This document shows, in pieces, positions 52,505 through 61,457 of a DNA stretch of 64,000 nt. Under the pieces are notes generated by a model. It had not been told where the DNA came from. It saw nothing but the letters and a program-made list of their open reading frames with translations, and searched no databases. Position numbers and translations under genes: made by a program. The stretch lies in contig JAXGXJ010000015.1 in the NCBI GenBank assembly GCA_040772905.1, positions 465-64,464 on the forward strand, read 5' to 3'. The stretch comes from Thermoleophilia bacterium. GTDB taxonomy: Bacteria; Actinomycetota; Thermoleophilia; RBG-16-64-13. Position 1 is the stretch's first letter; the number at the start of each line of letters is the position of its first letter.

Positions 52505-55111
52505 GTGTTCGCCCGGCTAGGCTCCTTCGCCGTCCGCTATCGCTGGTGGATCATCGCCGCCTGGGTAGCGGTCGCCGCCGTGCTCACCTTCGTGGCGCCC
52601 AACATCGACGACGTGGCCGTGAGCGACCAGCGCGCCTTCCTGCCCGACTCGGCCCCCAGCCTGGACGCAAACCAGATGCTGGAGACGTACTTCCCCGACC
52701 GGGTCTCGCCCTCCAGCGCCGTACTGGTGGTCGACGCCGGCCCGGGTGGCCGAGTGGACGCGGGACCGGCCTCTACGTTCATGGATGATCTGGGCACCTG
52801 GCTCACCGGACCCGACGCGCCGGAGACGGTCGACCAGGTCTTCTCTCCGCGCATCGGCGACGACCTCACCCGCGCGAGTCTCACCAGCGAGGACGGCCAA
52901 GTGGCCCTGGTACTGGTCCGCTTCACCAAGGTCGGCACCGAGCCGGCAACCAAGGAGGCCATGGCCGCCATCGACGCGCGCTTGGACCAAGCCCCCGCCG
53001 GAGTGCAGGCCTACATGACGGGCGACGGTCCCATACTGGGCGCCTACGGCGCCAACACCAAGGGCAGCGTGGACTCCACCACGTGGATCACCATAGTGCT
53101 GGTGGTGGTCATCCTGCTGGTGATCTACCGCTCGCCCATCAGCCCGCTCATCCCGCTCTTCACCATCACGGTGGCCTATCTCATCTCGCGGGGGGTGGTA
53201 GCCTACTTGGGAGCGCACGCCCTCACCATCTCCATGTACACCAACGTCTTTCTCATCGTGGTGCTGTTCGGCGCCGGCACCGACTACTGTCTGTTCCTCA
53301 TCAGCCGTTTCCGCGAGGAGATGGCGGGCGCATCGCATTCCGGACCCGCGGTGAAGACCACAGTGCGCGCGGTGGGCGCCACCATCGCCTCCAGCGCGGG
53401 CACGGTGATCGTGGGCCTGGCGATGATGACCGCCGCCGAGCTGGGGCTCTACAACACCAGCGGTCCCAGCCTGGCCATCAGCGTGGCCTTGACCTTGCTC
53501 GCGGGACTCACCCTCACGCCGGCCATCCTGGCCGTGCTGGGCCACTACTCGTTCTGGCCCCGCCACGCGCGCCCCTTGCGTGAGACCGGCGTGTGGCACG
53601 CCTGGGCCCGCAAGGTGGTCAGCCGTCCCCTGGTGGCGCTCCTGGTGCCCGCAGTGGTGCTCATCCCCTTGGCCGTCTACGGCGGCGGCCTGGCTCGGGA
53701 CTTCGACATGCTGGGCGACCTCTCCAAGGAGAACGAGGCCCGCAGAGGCTTCGACCTCTTGGCCGAGCACATGGGAGCCGGGGCCATGCAACCCCTCAAC
53801 GTCATTGTGCGGGACGAGGCCGGCCTCGACACCGCAAGCGGCCTCGAGCGCACCGAGGAACTGGGCGCCCAGCTGGCCGCACTACCCGGAGTGGCCCTGG
53901 TGAGGAGTTTGACCTCCTCGCTGCCCGATGAGAAGACCCTCAGCGTCAGCGATCAACTGGGTGTGCAGGCGGCAGCCGTACGAGACGGCGCGGCGCAGCT
54001 CGAGAGATGGATGCAGAGCAGCCTGCTGCTCGAGCAGATGATGGGGGGCGACCCAGCCGCCTCCAGCCTACTCAGCGAGACGGCGGCCGGCCTGGTGGAC
54101 GTGTTCGGCTACCTCACGCAGTTGGCCGGGGACTATCCAGAGATCCTGCAGGAGGCAGGATTCAAGAAGGCGTCCGATGCCCTCGCCCGGCTTGCTCAGC
54201 TCTCACAGACCCTTGAAGCGGCAGAAGGTGGCGACGGCGCCCAGACCCTCGCCCTGGCCAAGGATGCCCTCCCCCAGCTGGACGCACTGGCTGAAGGGCT
54301 GGAGGAACTCCGTGACGGCTGGGCGTCACCCCCCGGCATCATCCTGCTTCCCGACCTGTATCTCAAGAACAATGAAGGTCTGAAGCAGTTGCGCGACGCC
54401 TATCTGTCTGCCGACGGTACCGCCGCACGGCTGCAGGTGGTACTGGAGTCCGGCCCCTACACCAACGAGGCCCTGGAGACGACACAGTCACTGCGCGTCA
54501 CGCTGCAGGAGGCCGGGTTCGAGGGCGGTGTGGAAGGCAACTCCTCGGTGATGCTCGACCTGCGCGACGCCGCCAACCGCGACATGACCCGGGCCATCGT
54601 CTTCGTGTTGGGCGGCATATTCGTGGTGCTGCTGTTGCTGCTGCGGGCGCTGGTCGCACCCATCTATCTCATCCTCACCATCCTGCTCTCCTATGCGGCA
54701 ACCCTGGGTGTGGTGAGGCTGCTGTTCGTCGATCTGCTGGGCACCAGCGGCATCGTGTGGTGGGTGCCGCTCTTCATGTTCGTGATGCTGGTGGCTTTGG
54801 GCATGGACTACAACATCTTCCTCATCGGCAGGGTGAAGGAGGAGGTGGCCCGCGGCGGCACGCGCGCAGGCACCCGACTGGCCCTGGCCCGCACCGGCGG
54901 CATCATCACCTCCGCCGGCATCATCGTGGCAGGCACGTTCGCCAGCATGACCAGCGCCAGCATCATGGGACTGCTGCAGATCGGCTTCGCTGTGGCCTTC
55001 GGCGTGCTGCTCGACACCTTCGTGGTCCGCACCACCCTGGTGCCCGCCATCGCGGTCTTGCTGGGACGTTGGAGTTGGTGGCCGGCGCGCCGCGCAGCGC
55101 GCGAGGACTGA
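52505..55111 (+). CDS. MMPL-family (RND superfamily) membrane transporter
   Basis: 868 aa with two 6-TM bundles separated by large soluble loops. The N-terminus is MFARLGSFAVRYRWWIIAAWVAVAAVLTFVAPNIDDV, typical of MmpL. Confidence 0.8.
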   Translation: MFARLGSFAVRYRWWIIAAWVAVAAVLTFVAPNIDDVAVSDQRAFLPDSAPSLDANQMLETYFPDRVSPSSAVLVVDAGPGGRVDAGPASTFMDDLGTWLTGPDAPETVDQVFSPRIGDDLTRASLTSEDGQVALVLVRFTKVGTEPATKEAMAAIDARLDQAPAGVQAYMTGDGPILGAYGANTKGSVDSTTWITIVLVVVILLVIYRSPISPLIPLFTITVAYLISRGVVAYLGAHALTISMYTNVFLIVVLFGAGTDYCLFLISRFREEMAGASHSGPAVKTTVRAVGATIASSAGTVIVGLAMMTAAELGLYNTSGPSLAISVALTLLAGLTLTPAILAVLGHYSFWPRHARPLRETGVWHAWARKVVSRPLVALLVPAVVLIPLAVYGGGLARDFDMLGDLSKENEARRGFDLLAEHMGAGAMQPLNVIVRDEAGLDTASGLERTEELGAQLAALPGVALVRSLTSSLPDEKTLSVSDQLGVQAAAVRDGAAQLERWMQSSLLLEQMMGGDPAASSLLSETAAGLVDVFGYLTQLAGDYPEILQEAGFKKASDALARLAQLSQTLEAAEGGDGAQTLALAKDALPQLDALAEGLEELRDGWASPPGIILLPDLYLKNNEGLKQLRDAYLSADGTAARLQVVLESGPYTNEALETTQSLRVTLQEAGFEGGVEGNSSVMLDLRDAANRDMTRAIVFVLGGIFVVLLLLLRALVAPIYLILTILLSYAATLGVVRLLFVDLLGTSGIVWWVPLFMFVMLVALGMDYNIFLIGRVKEEVARGGTRAGTRLALARTGGIITSAGIIVAGTFASMTSASIMGLLQIGFAVAFGVLLDTFVVRTTLVPAIAVLLGRWSWWPARRAARED

Positions 55112-55298
55112 CCGGGTCTTCTTGCTTTTTGCGAGGATAACGCGGCGGCGCCCGACTCTGTTCCGATAATGCCTCATGCCCTTCCAAGGGTGGGGTGGAC
55201 CCCTTTATTTCCCTGGTGTTTGCGGGGATTCTGTGTTAGCGTCGAAGTACCGTTGTGCCGCGCAGGGAGCGGCGATACACGCGCGAAGCGGGGTCCCT

Positions 55299-55322
55299 CG
55301 CTCCGGAAGATGGTCCGGAGCG
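55299..55322. promoter_or_regulatory. Perfect 9-bp inverted repeat CGCTCCGGA-n6-TCCGGAGCG, 75 bp upstream of the third alpha gene
   Basis: Read from the sequence in the 285-bp MMPL/alpha3 intergenic region. Confidence 0.35.
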
Positions 55323-55396
55323 TCGGTGCGTGTGCCCTGTGATCAACATGACCCTGCCGCAGCGGCTGTCGCCTCAGACGACCAGAGGAGCGGAGT

Positions 55397-58027
55397 ATGG
55401 CAGAAGAGAAGATGACAGCAGCACCCAAGTACAAACCCGACAGGACGGTCATCAGGGGCCTGGCTCTGGGCGGTCTGCTAGGCGGCTGCGACCCGGCCGC
55501 GGTGGACGTATCCGACGGGAAGATCGTGCGCGTGCGCCCCATGCATTTCGATTGGAAGTACCCCCGCGAGAGCTTCCGCACTTGGAAGTTCCAGCGCGGT
55601 GAGCACGTCCTCGAATCGAACTACAAGGGCATGCCCGCCCCCTGGTCGCTGTCGTATAAGAAGCGCACCTATTCCCCCAACCGCATCCAGTACCCCATGA
55701 AGCGGGTGGACTTCGATCCCAACGGCGAGCGCAACCCCCAGAACCGGGGCAAGAGCAAGTACGTGCGCATCTCCTGGGACGAGGCCACCGACCTCATCGC
55801 CTCCGAGATCAAACGCATCATCGAGAAGTACGGACCGCTGGCCATCCTGGCCCAAGGTGACGGCCACGGCGAGAACAAGATCATCAACACCCCGCACGGC
55901 CACCAGGCCCGTCTGCTGGAGATGCTGGGCGGCTTCACCCAGCAGGTCCGCAATCCCGACAGCTGGGAAGGCTTCTACTGGGGCTCCAAGCACGTATGGG
56001 GCCAGGGCATCGTGGGCATGATGGATCCTTCCGACAACTGCGTGAAGGACATCACCGAGAACGCCGAGTTGGTGCTGTTCTGGGGTTGCGACCCCGAGAC
56101 CACTCCCTGGGGCTTCGTGGGCCAGTTCGCCAGCCGGCTGTGCTACTTCTGGACCGACTGCGGCATCAAACAGGTGTACGTCTGCCCCGACCTCAACTAC
56201 GGCGCGGCCGTGCATGCCGACAAGTGGATCCCTGTATGGCCCAACACCGACGCGGCCCTGCAGTTGGCCGTCATCTACGTATGGCTCCAGGAGGGTACCT
56301 GGGACAAGGAGTACGTCGCCACCCACGCGGTGGGCATGGAGCACGTGGAAGCGTACGTCCTGGGCAAGGACGACGGCGTACCCAAGACTCCTGCCTGGGC
56401 GGCGGAAAAATGCGGCGTACCCGAGTACACCATCAAGGCACTGGCCCGCGACATGGCCGCCAAGATCCACACCTGGGCGCACTACTTCGGCGGCAGCTAC
56501 GCGCGCGGACCCTACAGCCACGAACCCGCCCGCCTGGAGTGCATCATGCTGGGCATGCAGGGCTTGGGCGGCCCGGGCCGGCACCAGATCCAGATCTCCT
56601 ACGGCGGCATGCCGAGGCCGGAACTCATCCGCAGCACCCGCTTCTTCAACCCGCAGCTGTCGCAGCGGCTCACCAAGCCCACCCAGACCACCATCCGCGC
56701 GTGGGGTCCACAGCTCATACCCAAGACCCTCATCCACAAGGCCATCCTCGACCCGCCGCTGGTGTTCTACGGCAACGGCGGCATCGAAGAGCCGGTGGAG
56801 GATCAGTTCGTCAGGTACGAGTACCCCATCGCCAAGGAGAAGGGCGGCACCGAGATCCACATGATGTGGACCGACACCCCGTGCCGCATCACCTGCTGGA
56901 ACTGCGGCAACGAGACCATAATGGCCGAACGCAGTCCCAAGATAGAGTTCATCGTGGCGCAGCATCCCTGGCTGGAGAACGACTGCCTGTACGCTGACGT
57001 GATCCTGCCCACGAACACGCTCATGGAAGTCGACGACATCATCACCAACACCCGGCAGGGCACGCAGCACCACGCCGTGGTCCTCTACGACAAGGCTGTG
57101 GAGCCGGTGGGCGAGTCGAAGAGCGACTATGAGGCCGTCCTCGAGGTGGCCAAGAAGCTGGGCAGAGGCGAGGAGTTCAGCGAGGGCAAGAGCATCAAAG
57201 ACCTGCAGCAAGAGGTCTTCTACAACATGAACCTCGACACCAAGATCTCCTGGGAGGAGTTCGAAAAGAACCAGTACGTCATCCTGGAGACGGTCGAGGA
57301 CTGGGAAGACGACGTGGTGGCCCTGCGGCCGTTCTACGACGATCCCGAGAAGCACCCGCTGCCCACCCCCTCGGGCAAGCTCGAGTTCTACTCGCAGCGC
57401 ATCGCCGATAACTTCCCCTGCGACGACGAGCGACCGCCCATCCCGAAATGGATCGAGCGGAGCGCTATGCACGACGAGCGCCGCAGCAGCTGGCGCGCCA
57501 AGGCCTACCCACTGCTGCTCATGTCCAACCATCCGCGCTGGCGTACCCACGCCCAGGCCGACGACATCACGTGGAGCCACGAGATAGTCACCTGCAAGGT
57601 GAGAGGCTACGACGGCTACCTGTATGAGCCGGTGTGGATCCATCCCTCCGATGCCGCGACACGTGGCATCAAGGACGGCGACATCGTGATGGTGCACAAC
57701 GAGCGCGGCATCGTGCTGTGCGGCGCCCGCGTATGGGAGCGCGTCTTCCCCGGCACAGCTTATGTGGATCACGGTGCCCGGCACGATCCCATCATCCCGG
57801 GCAAAGTGGACCGCGGCGGTGCCATCAACACCATCTCCGGCGACTGGATCTCGTCCAAGAACGCCGTCGGCCAGGCCACCAGTGGTTACCTGGCCGAGGT
57901 GAGTTCCATCCCGCCCGGCCTGATGGAGCAGTGGAGAAGAGAGTATCCCGAAGCCTTTGAACGCCCCTACGACCCGGCTGCCGGGCTCAAGTTCGAAGCA
58001 TGGGTGACCAAAGGGGGTGCGGAGTGA
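55397..58027 (+). CDS. Molybdopterin (bis-MGD) oxidoreductase alpha subunit, pyrogallol-phloroglucinol transhydroxylase (AthL)-like, third paralogue
   Basis: 876 aa. MAEEKMTAAPKYKPDRTVIRGLALGG...DGKIVRVRPMHFDWKYP...MKRVDFDPNGERNPQNRGKSKYVRISWDEATDLIASEIKRIIEKYGP is colinear with the other two alphas. RBS GGAGCGGAG. Confidence 0.9.
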   Translation: MAEEKMTAAPKYKPDRTVIRGLALGGLLGGCDPAAVDVSDGKIVRVRPMHFDWKYPRESFRTWKFQRGEHVLESNYKGMPAPWSLSYKKRTYSPNRIQYPMKRVDFDPNGERNPQNRGKSKYVRISWDEATDLIASEIKRIIEKYGPLAILAQGDGHGENKIINTPHGHQARLLEMLGGFTQQVRNPDSWEGFYWGSKHVWGQGIVGMMDPSDNCVKDITENAELVLFWGCDPETTPWGFVGQFASRLCYFWTDCGIKQVYVCPDLNYGAAVHADKWIPVWPNTDAALQLAVIYVWLQEGTWDKEYVATHAVGMEHVEAYVLGKDDGVPKTPAWAAEKCGVPEYTIKALARDMAAKIHTWAHYFGGSYARGPYSHEPARLECIMLGMQGLGGPGRHQIQISYGGMPRPELIRSTRFFNPQLSQRLTKPTQTTIRAWGPQLIPKTLIHKAILDPPLVFYGNGGIEEPVEDQFVRYEYPIAKEKGGTEIHMMWTDTPCRITCWNCGNETIMAERSPKIEFIVAQHPWLENDCLYADVILPTNTLMEVDDIITNTRQGTQHHAVVLYDKAVEPVGESKSDYEAVLEVAKKLGRGEEFSEGKSIKDLQQEVFYNMNLDTKISWEEFEKNQYVILETVEDWEDDVVALRPFYDDPEKHPLPTPSGKLEFYSQRIADNFPCDDERPPIPKWIERSAMHDERRSSWRAKAYPLLLMSNHPRWRTHAQADDITWSHEIVTCKVRGYDGYLYEPVWIHPSDAATRGIKDGDIVMVHNERGIVLCGARVWERVFPGTAYVDHGARHDPIIPGKVDRGGAINTISGDWISSKNAVGQATSGYLAEVSSIPPGLMEQWRREYPEAFERPYDPAAGLKFEAWVTKGGAE

Positions 58028-58851
58028 AGGCGTTCTTCATCGATCTTTCCATCTGCAACGGCTGCTACTGCTGCCAGGTGGCCTGCAAGGACGAGCACTG
58101 CGGCCAGGACTGGCTCCCCTATGCCAAGGCGCAGCCCGAGATCGGCCAGTTCTGGCTGGGTATCGACGAGCGCGTGCGCGGGCAAGTGCCCAAGGTGAAG
58201 ATCACCTATCTGCCCAAGCTCTGCCAGCACTGCGACGATGCGCCCTGCATGGCCGCGTGCCCGGTGGAAGGCGCCATCTACAAGCGCGAAGACGGCATGG
58301 TGATCATCGACCCGCAGAAGTGCACGGGCTGCAAGCTCTGCGTGGATGTGTGCCCGACCGGGTCCATCTTCTTCAACGACAGCCTGATGCTGGCGCAGAA
58401 GTGCACCGCCTGCTCGCACCTGCGCGACAACGACCCCGAGACTTGGGCCGACACCACGCGCTGCGCCGACGCCTGCCCCACCGGAGCCCTGCGCTTCGGT
58501 GACGAGGCGGACTTCGCCGACTTCATCAAGGAAGCGGAATACCTGGTGCCCGAGATGGCCGGCAAGACGCGGGTCTACTACAAGAACCTGCCCAAGAAGT
58601 TCGTGGCCGGCACCCTGTACGACCCGAAACAGATGGAGATCATCGAGGGCGCGACCGTGACCCTCACCGACGACCAGTCGGGCGAGACCTTCACGGCCAC
58701 CACCGACAACTACGGCGACTTCTGGTTCAACGGCCTCAAGGATGACCGCACCTTCACGCTGGTGTTCGCGAAGGACGGCAAGAGCAAGACCATCGAGGGC
58801 GTCTCCACGGCGATCGACCTCAACGTGGGCGACATCGCCATGGAGTTGTAG
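58024..58851 (+). CDS. Transhydroxylase-like beta subunit (BthL-like), third paralogue
   Basis: The GTG start overlaps the alpha3 stop (GTGA). VKAFFIDLSICNGCYCCQVAC..., CQHCDDAPC, CTGCKLCVDVC, CTACSHL, and the C-terminal beta-sandwich domain are present. Confidence 0.85.
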   Translation: MKAFFIDLSICNGCYCCQVACKDEHCGQDWLPYAKAQPEIGQFWLGIDERVRGQVPKVKITYLPKLCQHCDDAPCMAACPVEGAIYKREDGMVIIDPQKCTGCKLCVDVCPTGSIFFNDSLMLAQKCTACSHLRDNDPETWADTTRCADACPTGALRFGDEADFADFIKEAEYLVPEMAGKTRVYYKNLPKKFVAGTLYDPKQMEIIEGATVTLTDDQSGETFTATTDNYGDFWFNGLKDDRTFTLVFAKDGKSKTIEGVSTAIDLNVGDIAMEL

Positions 58852-58947
58852 TCCGCGGCTCGGCCCGAATCCGGTCCGGACGCACCGAAGGCCCCCTCCC
58901 CGGTCGGGGAGGGGGCCTTCGTCATGCATGCGCGGTGTCGCGCGGCG

Positions 58948-59945
58948 CTACGCGCCGCGCACCTGGGCCCGCACCTGCACCATCTGGGCCGTGATGCTGA
59001 TGGCGATCTCGCCGGGAGTCTCGCCGCCGATGGGAAGTCCGATGGGCGCATAGACCCGCGCGATATCGGCATCGGAGAAACCTTGCGCACGCAACGCCCC
59101 GAGGATGGTGGCCACCTTCTTCCTGCTTCCGATCATGCCTATATAGCAGGCGTCGGTACGCAGCGCCTGGGCCAGCACAGCCTGGTCGAACACATGGCCG
59201 CGGGTCACGATCACCAGGTAGCTGTCTGCGTCGACGCCCAGGCGGTCCACCCCGTGTTCCAGACTGTCGAGCACCACCACTTCGTCCGCTGTGGGAAAGC
59301 GCTCACGGTTGGCGAAATCGGCCCGGTCATCGATGATCACCGTGCGGAAGCCGGCGATATCCAAAGCCGGGATGAGCTTCGCGCCGCAGTGCCCGGCTCC
59401 GAACACGTACGCCGTACCGTCCATGCCGATTGGACGCACGTGGATGAGTGACCTGTCCTTGCAGTCTTGAGGCGGATCCGGCACCGCGTCCCTGGACTCG
59501 GTGACGATCCGCGCGACGTCCCATCCCTTCTCTTGTGACCCCGTGACCGTGGTAACCAACCAACCTTTGCCGCCTTCGCCGAGCAGGCGCGCCAGCGTGT
59601 ACCAAAGGTCGCGAGCAGCGGCATCCGGGCGCGCTCACAGGTTCTATCAGCACTGCGCCCTGGCCGCCGCAGATCATGCCCAGACCGGCCGAGTCCTCCG
59701 GGGTGAGCACGAAGTCCACCACACGCAGTCGCACGCGTCTGGAACACGCTGAGCGCCTCTCGGATGGCATGGGCCTCAAGGGCGCCGCCTCCGATGGTAC
59801 CCACGATGCTGCCGTCACCCCGAACCAGCATGCTGGCCCCGCCATGACGAGGTGACGAGCCGCTGGTGTGGATGATGGTGGCCAGTGCGAAGTCCTCCCC
59901 CGCATCGAGGAATCCCAGCGCTGAGCGCACGATCTCCAGTTCCAT
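58948..59945 (-). pseudogene. xdhC: xdhC/coxI-family molybdenum-cofactor insertion chaperone gene, disrupted by two apparent frameshifts
   Basis: Frame A (59945 to about 59740) encodes MELEIVRSALGFLDAGEDFALATIIHTSGSSPRHGGASMLVRGDGSIVGTIGGGALEAHAIREALS (XdhC_CoxI N-domain). Frame B (about 59740-59640) encodes VVDFVLTPEDSAGLGMICGGQGAVLIEPVSAP. Frame C (59559..58948) encodes the XdhC_C Rossmann domain (AYVFGAGHCGAKLIPALDIAGFRTVIIDDRADF...YIGMIGSRKKV...ETPGEIAISI). Together they reconstruct one roughly 333-aa XdhC. Confidence 0.6.
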
Positions 59946-61306
59946 CAAAGTCTCTCCTCCATGTGTTCACGCATGATGACTTGGCGACCGTCCTTGAACA
60001 CCTGCCACACAGGGTTCATGCCGTAGCGGTACGGTATCTCCACGTGCCTGCGACATTCCAGGACGAGGATGTCGGCCTTCTTGCCCACCTCCAGGCTGCC
60101 GATGTCGTCCTCCCTGCCCACGGCGACCGCGGCTTCGATGGTGACCGCGCGGATGACCTCCTCGGACGACATTCCCAAGAGAGAGCAACCCATGGTGGCG
60201 ATGAGCCACAGGTTCTGGGTAGGGCTCGATCCGGGGTTGAAATCGGTCCCCAAAGCCACCCGCACACCGGCCTCCAGCAGAGCCCGCGCCGGAGCGAGAC
60301 CGCCTTCTCCCAGGAAGAAGGTCGACCCGGGCAGGAGGACGGCGACGGGCGCGCGCCGGGTACTCCCGGCGCGCGCCACCTCGCCCGAAAGGGCCGCTCG
60401 TTTGGCCTCCCTGGCTGCCGCTCCCATGAGCGCGATGCCCTCATCGCTCACCAGGTCGAGGTGATCGGCGGACGCGGCGCCAAGCTCCACGGCCAACTCC
60501 GCCCCTCCCGCGGCGGTGAGTTGATCGGCGTGCAACTTGGGGATAAGACCGTGCTCAAGCCCCGCTTCCAGCACCCGGCGGCACTGGACCCCCGTGAAGG
60601 CCCCGACCTCATGGAAGGCGTCGCAGAAGACCGCGGAGTGATGCTTGGCGACCGCCGGGATCATCTTCTTCACCACCAGGTCGACATAGCCCTCCGAGTC
60701 GCCCGCGTATTCGCTCGGGACCACGTTGGCCCCCAGCAGGGTCGGCACGACATCCACTGCGTGCTCGGCATCCACCTCGCGATAGACGTCGAGTAACCGC
60801 AGTTCGTGATCGGGGTTCAACCCGTACCCGCTCTTCGCCTCCACCGTAGTGATGCCGTAGCGAAGGAAGCGGTCCAGCCGGTGCCGCGCCGAGGCGATCA
60901 ACACCTCCTTGGGCGCGTGCCTGGTGGCATCGACGGTCTTCAGGATGCCGCCACCTGCCGCGGCGATGTCCTGATAGGAAGCTCCAGCCAGCCGCAGCTC
61001 GAACTCGTCGGCCCTGTCACCCTCGAAGGCCAGATGGGTGTGCGGATCCACCAGGCCCGGCATGACCAGATGACCGCCGGCGTCGACACGCTTGCCTCCG
61101 GGCAGCAGCCGCACCTCCTCCTCCACCTGGCTGCTCTCCCCCACCCATACGATGCGACCCTCGCGGGCGGCCACCGCCCCGGAGAGGATCCGGCCCAAGC
61201 CCGGCTCGACGTCTCCGCTCTCCGCATACGTAGGGCACACCAGCAACTCGCTGGCGCCCGTGACGATGAGGTCGGCCCGTATCAGATCCCCTTCAGGGGC
61301 TACCAT
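59945..61306 (-). CDS. hutI: Amidohydrolase, imidazolonepropionase (HutI)-like
   Basis: Motifs DPHTHL, EFELRLAGASYQDIAAAGGGI, KSGYGL, HADQL and GTDFNPGSSP. Likely start is MVAPEGDLIRADLIVTG at 61306 (GGGAGGA 7 nt upstream). The ORF track start 61417 is probably an extension. The stop overlaps the xdhC start (TGATG). Confidence 0.75.
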   Translation of the reverse strand: MVAPEGDLIRADLIVTGASELLVCPTYAESGDVEPGLGRILSGAVAAREGRIVWVGESSQVEEEVRLLPGGKRVDAGGHLVMPGLVDPHTHLAFEGDRADEFELRLAGASYQDIAAAGGGILKTVDATRHAPKEVLIASARHRLDRFLRYGITTVEAKSGYGLNPDHELRLLDVYREVDAEHAVDVVPTLLGANVVPSEYAGDSEGYVDLVVKKMIPAVAKHHSAVFCDAFHEVGAFTGVQCRRVLEAGLEHGLIPKLHADQLTAAGGAELAVELGAASADHLDLVSDEGIALMGAAAREAKRAALSGEVARAGSTRRAPVAVLLPGSTFFLGEGGLAPARALLEAGVRVALGTDFNPGSSPTQNLWLIATMGCSLLGMSSEEVIRAVTIEAAVAVGREDDIGSLEVGKKADILVLECRRHVEIPYRYGMNPVWQVFKDGRQVIMREHMEERL

Positions 61307-61457
61307 CTCCAGTCCTCCCGGTCTCAGCAGGGACGCTCGTCCGCGTCCCAAAACAGGCATGGTAGCAGAAGACCCGTCGTTCCGTAGATGCACGCGGGAC
61401 AGCGAACGAGGGCACATGCGAGAGAGCGCCGACGCCGCAGCTTGCTATGCTGAGGGT

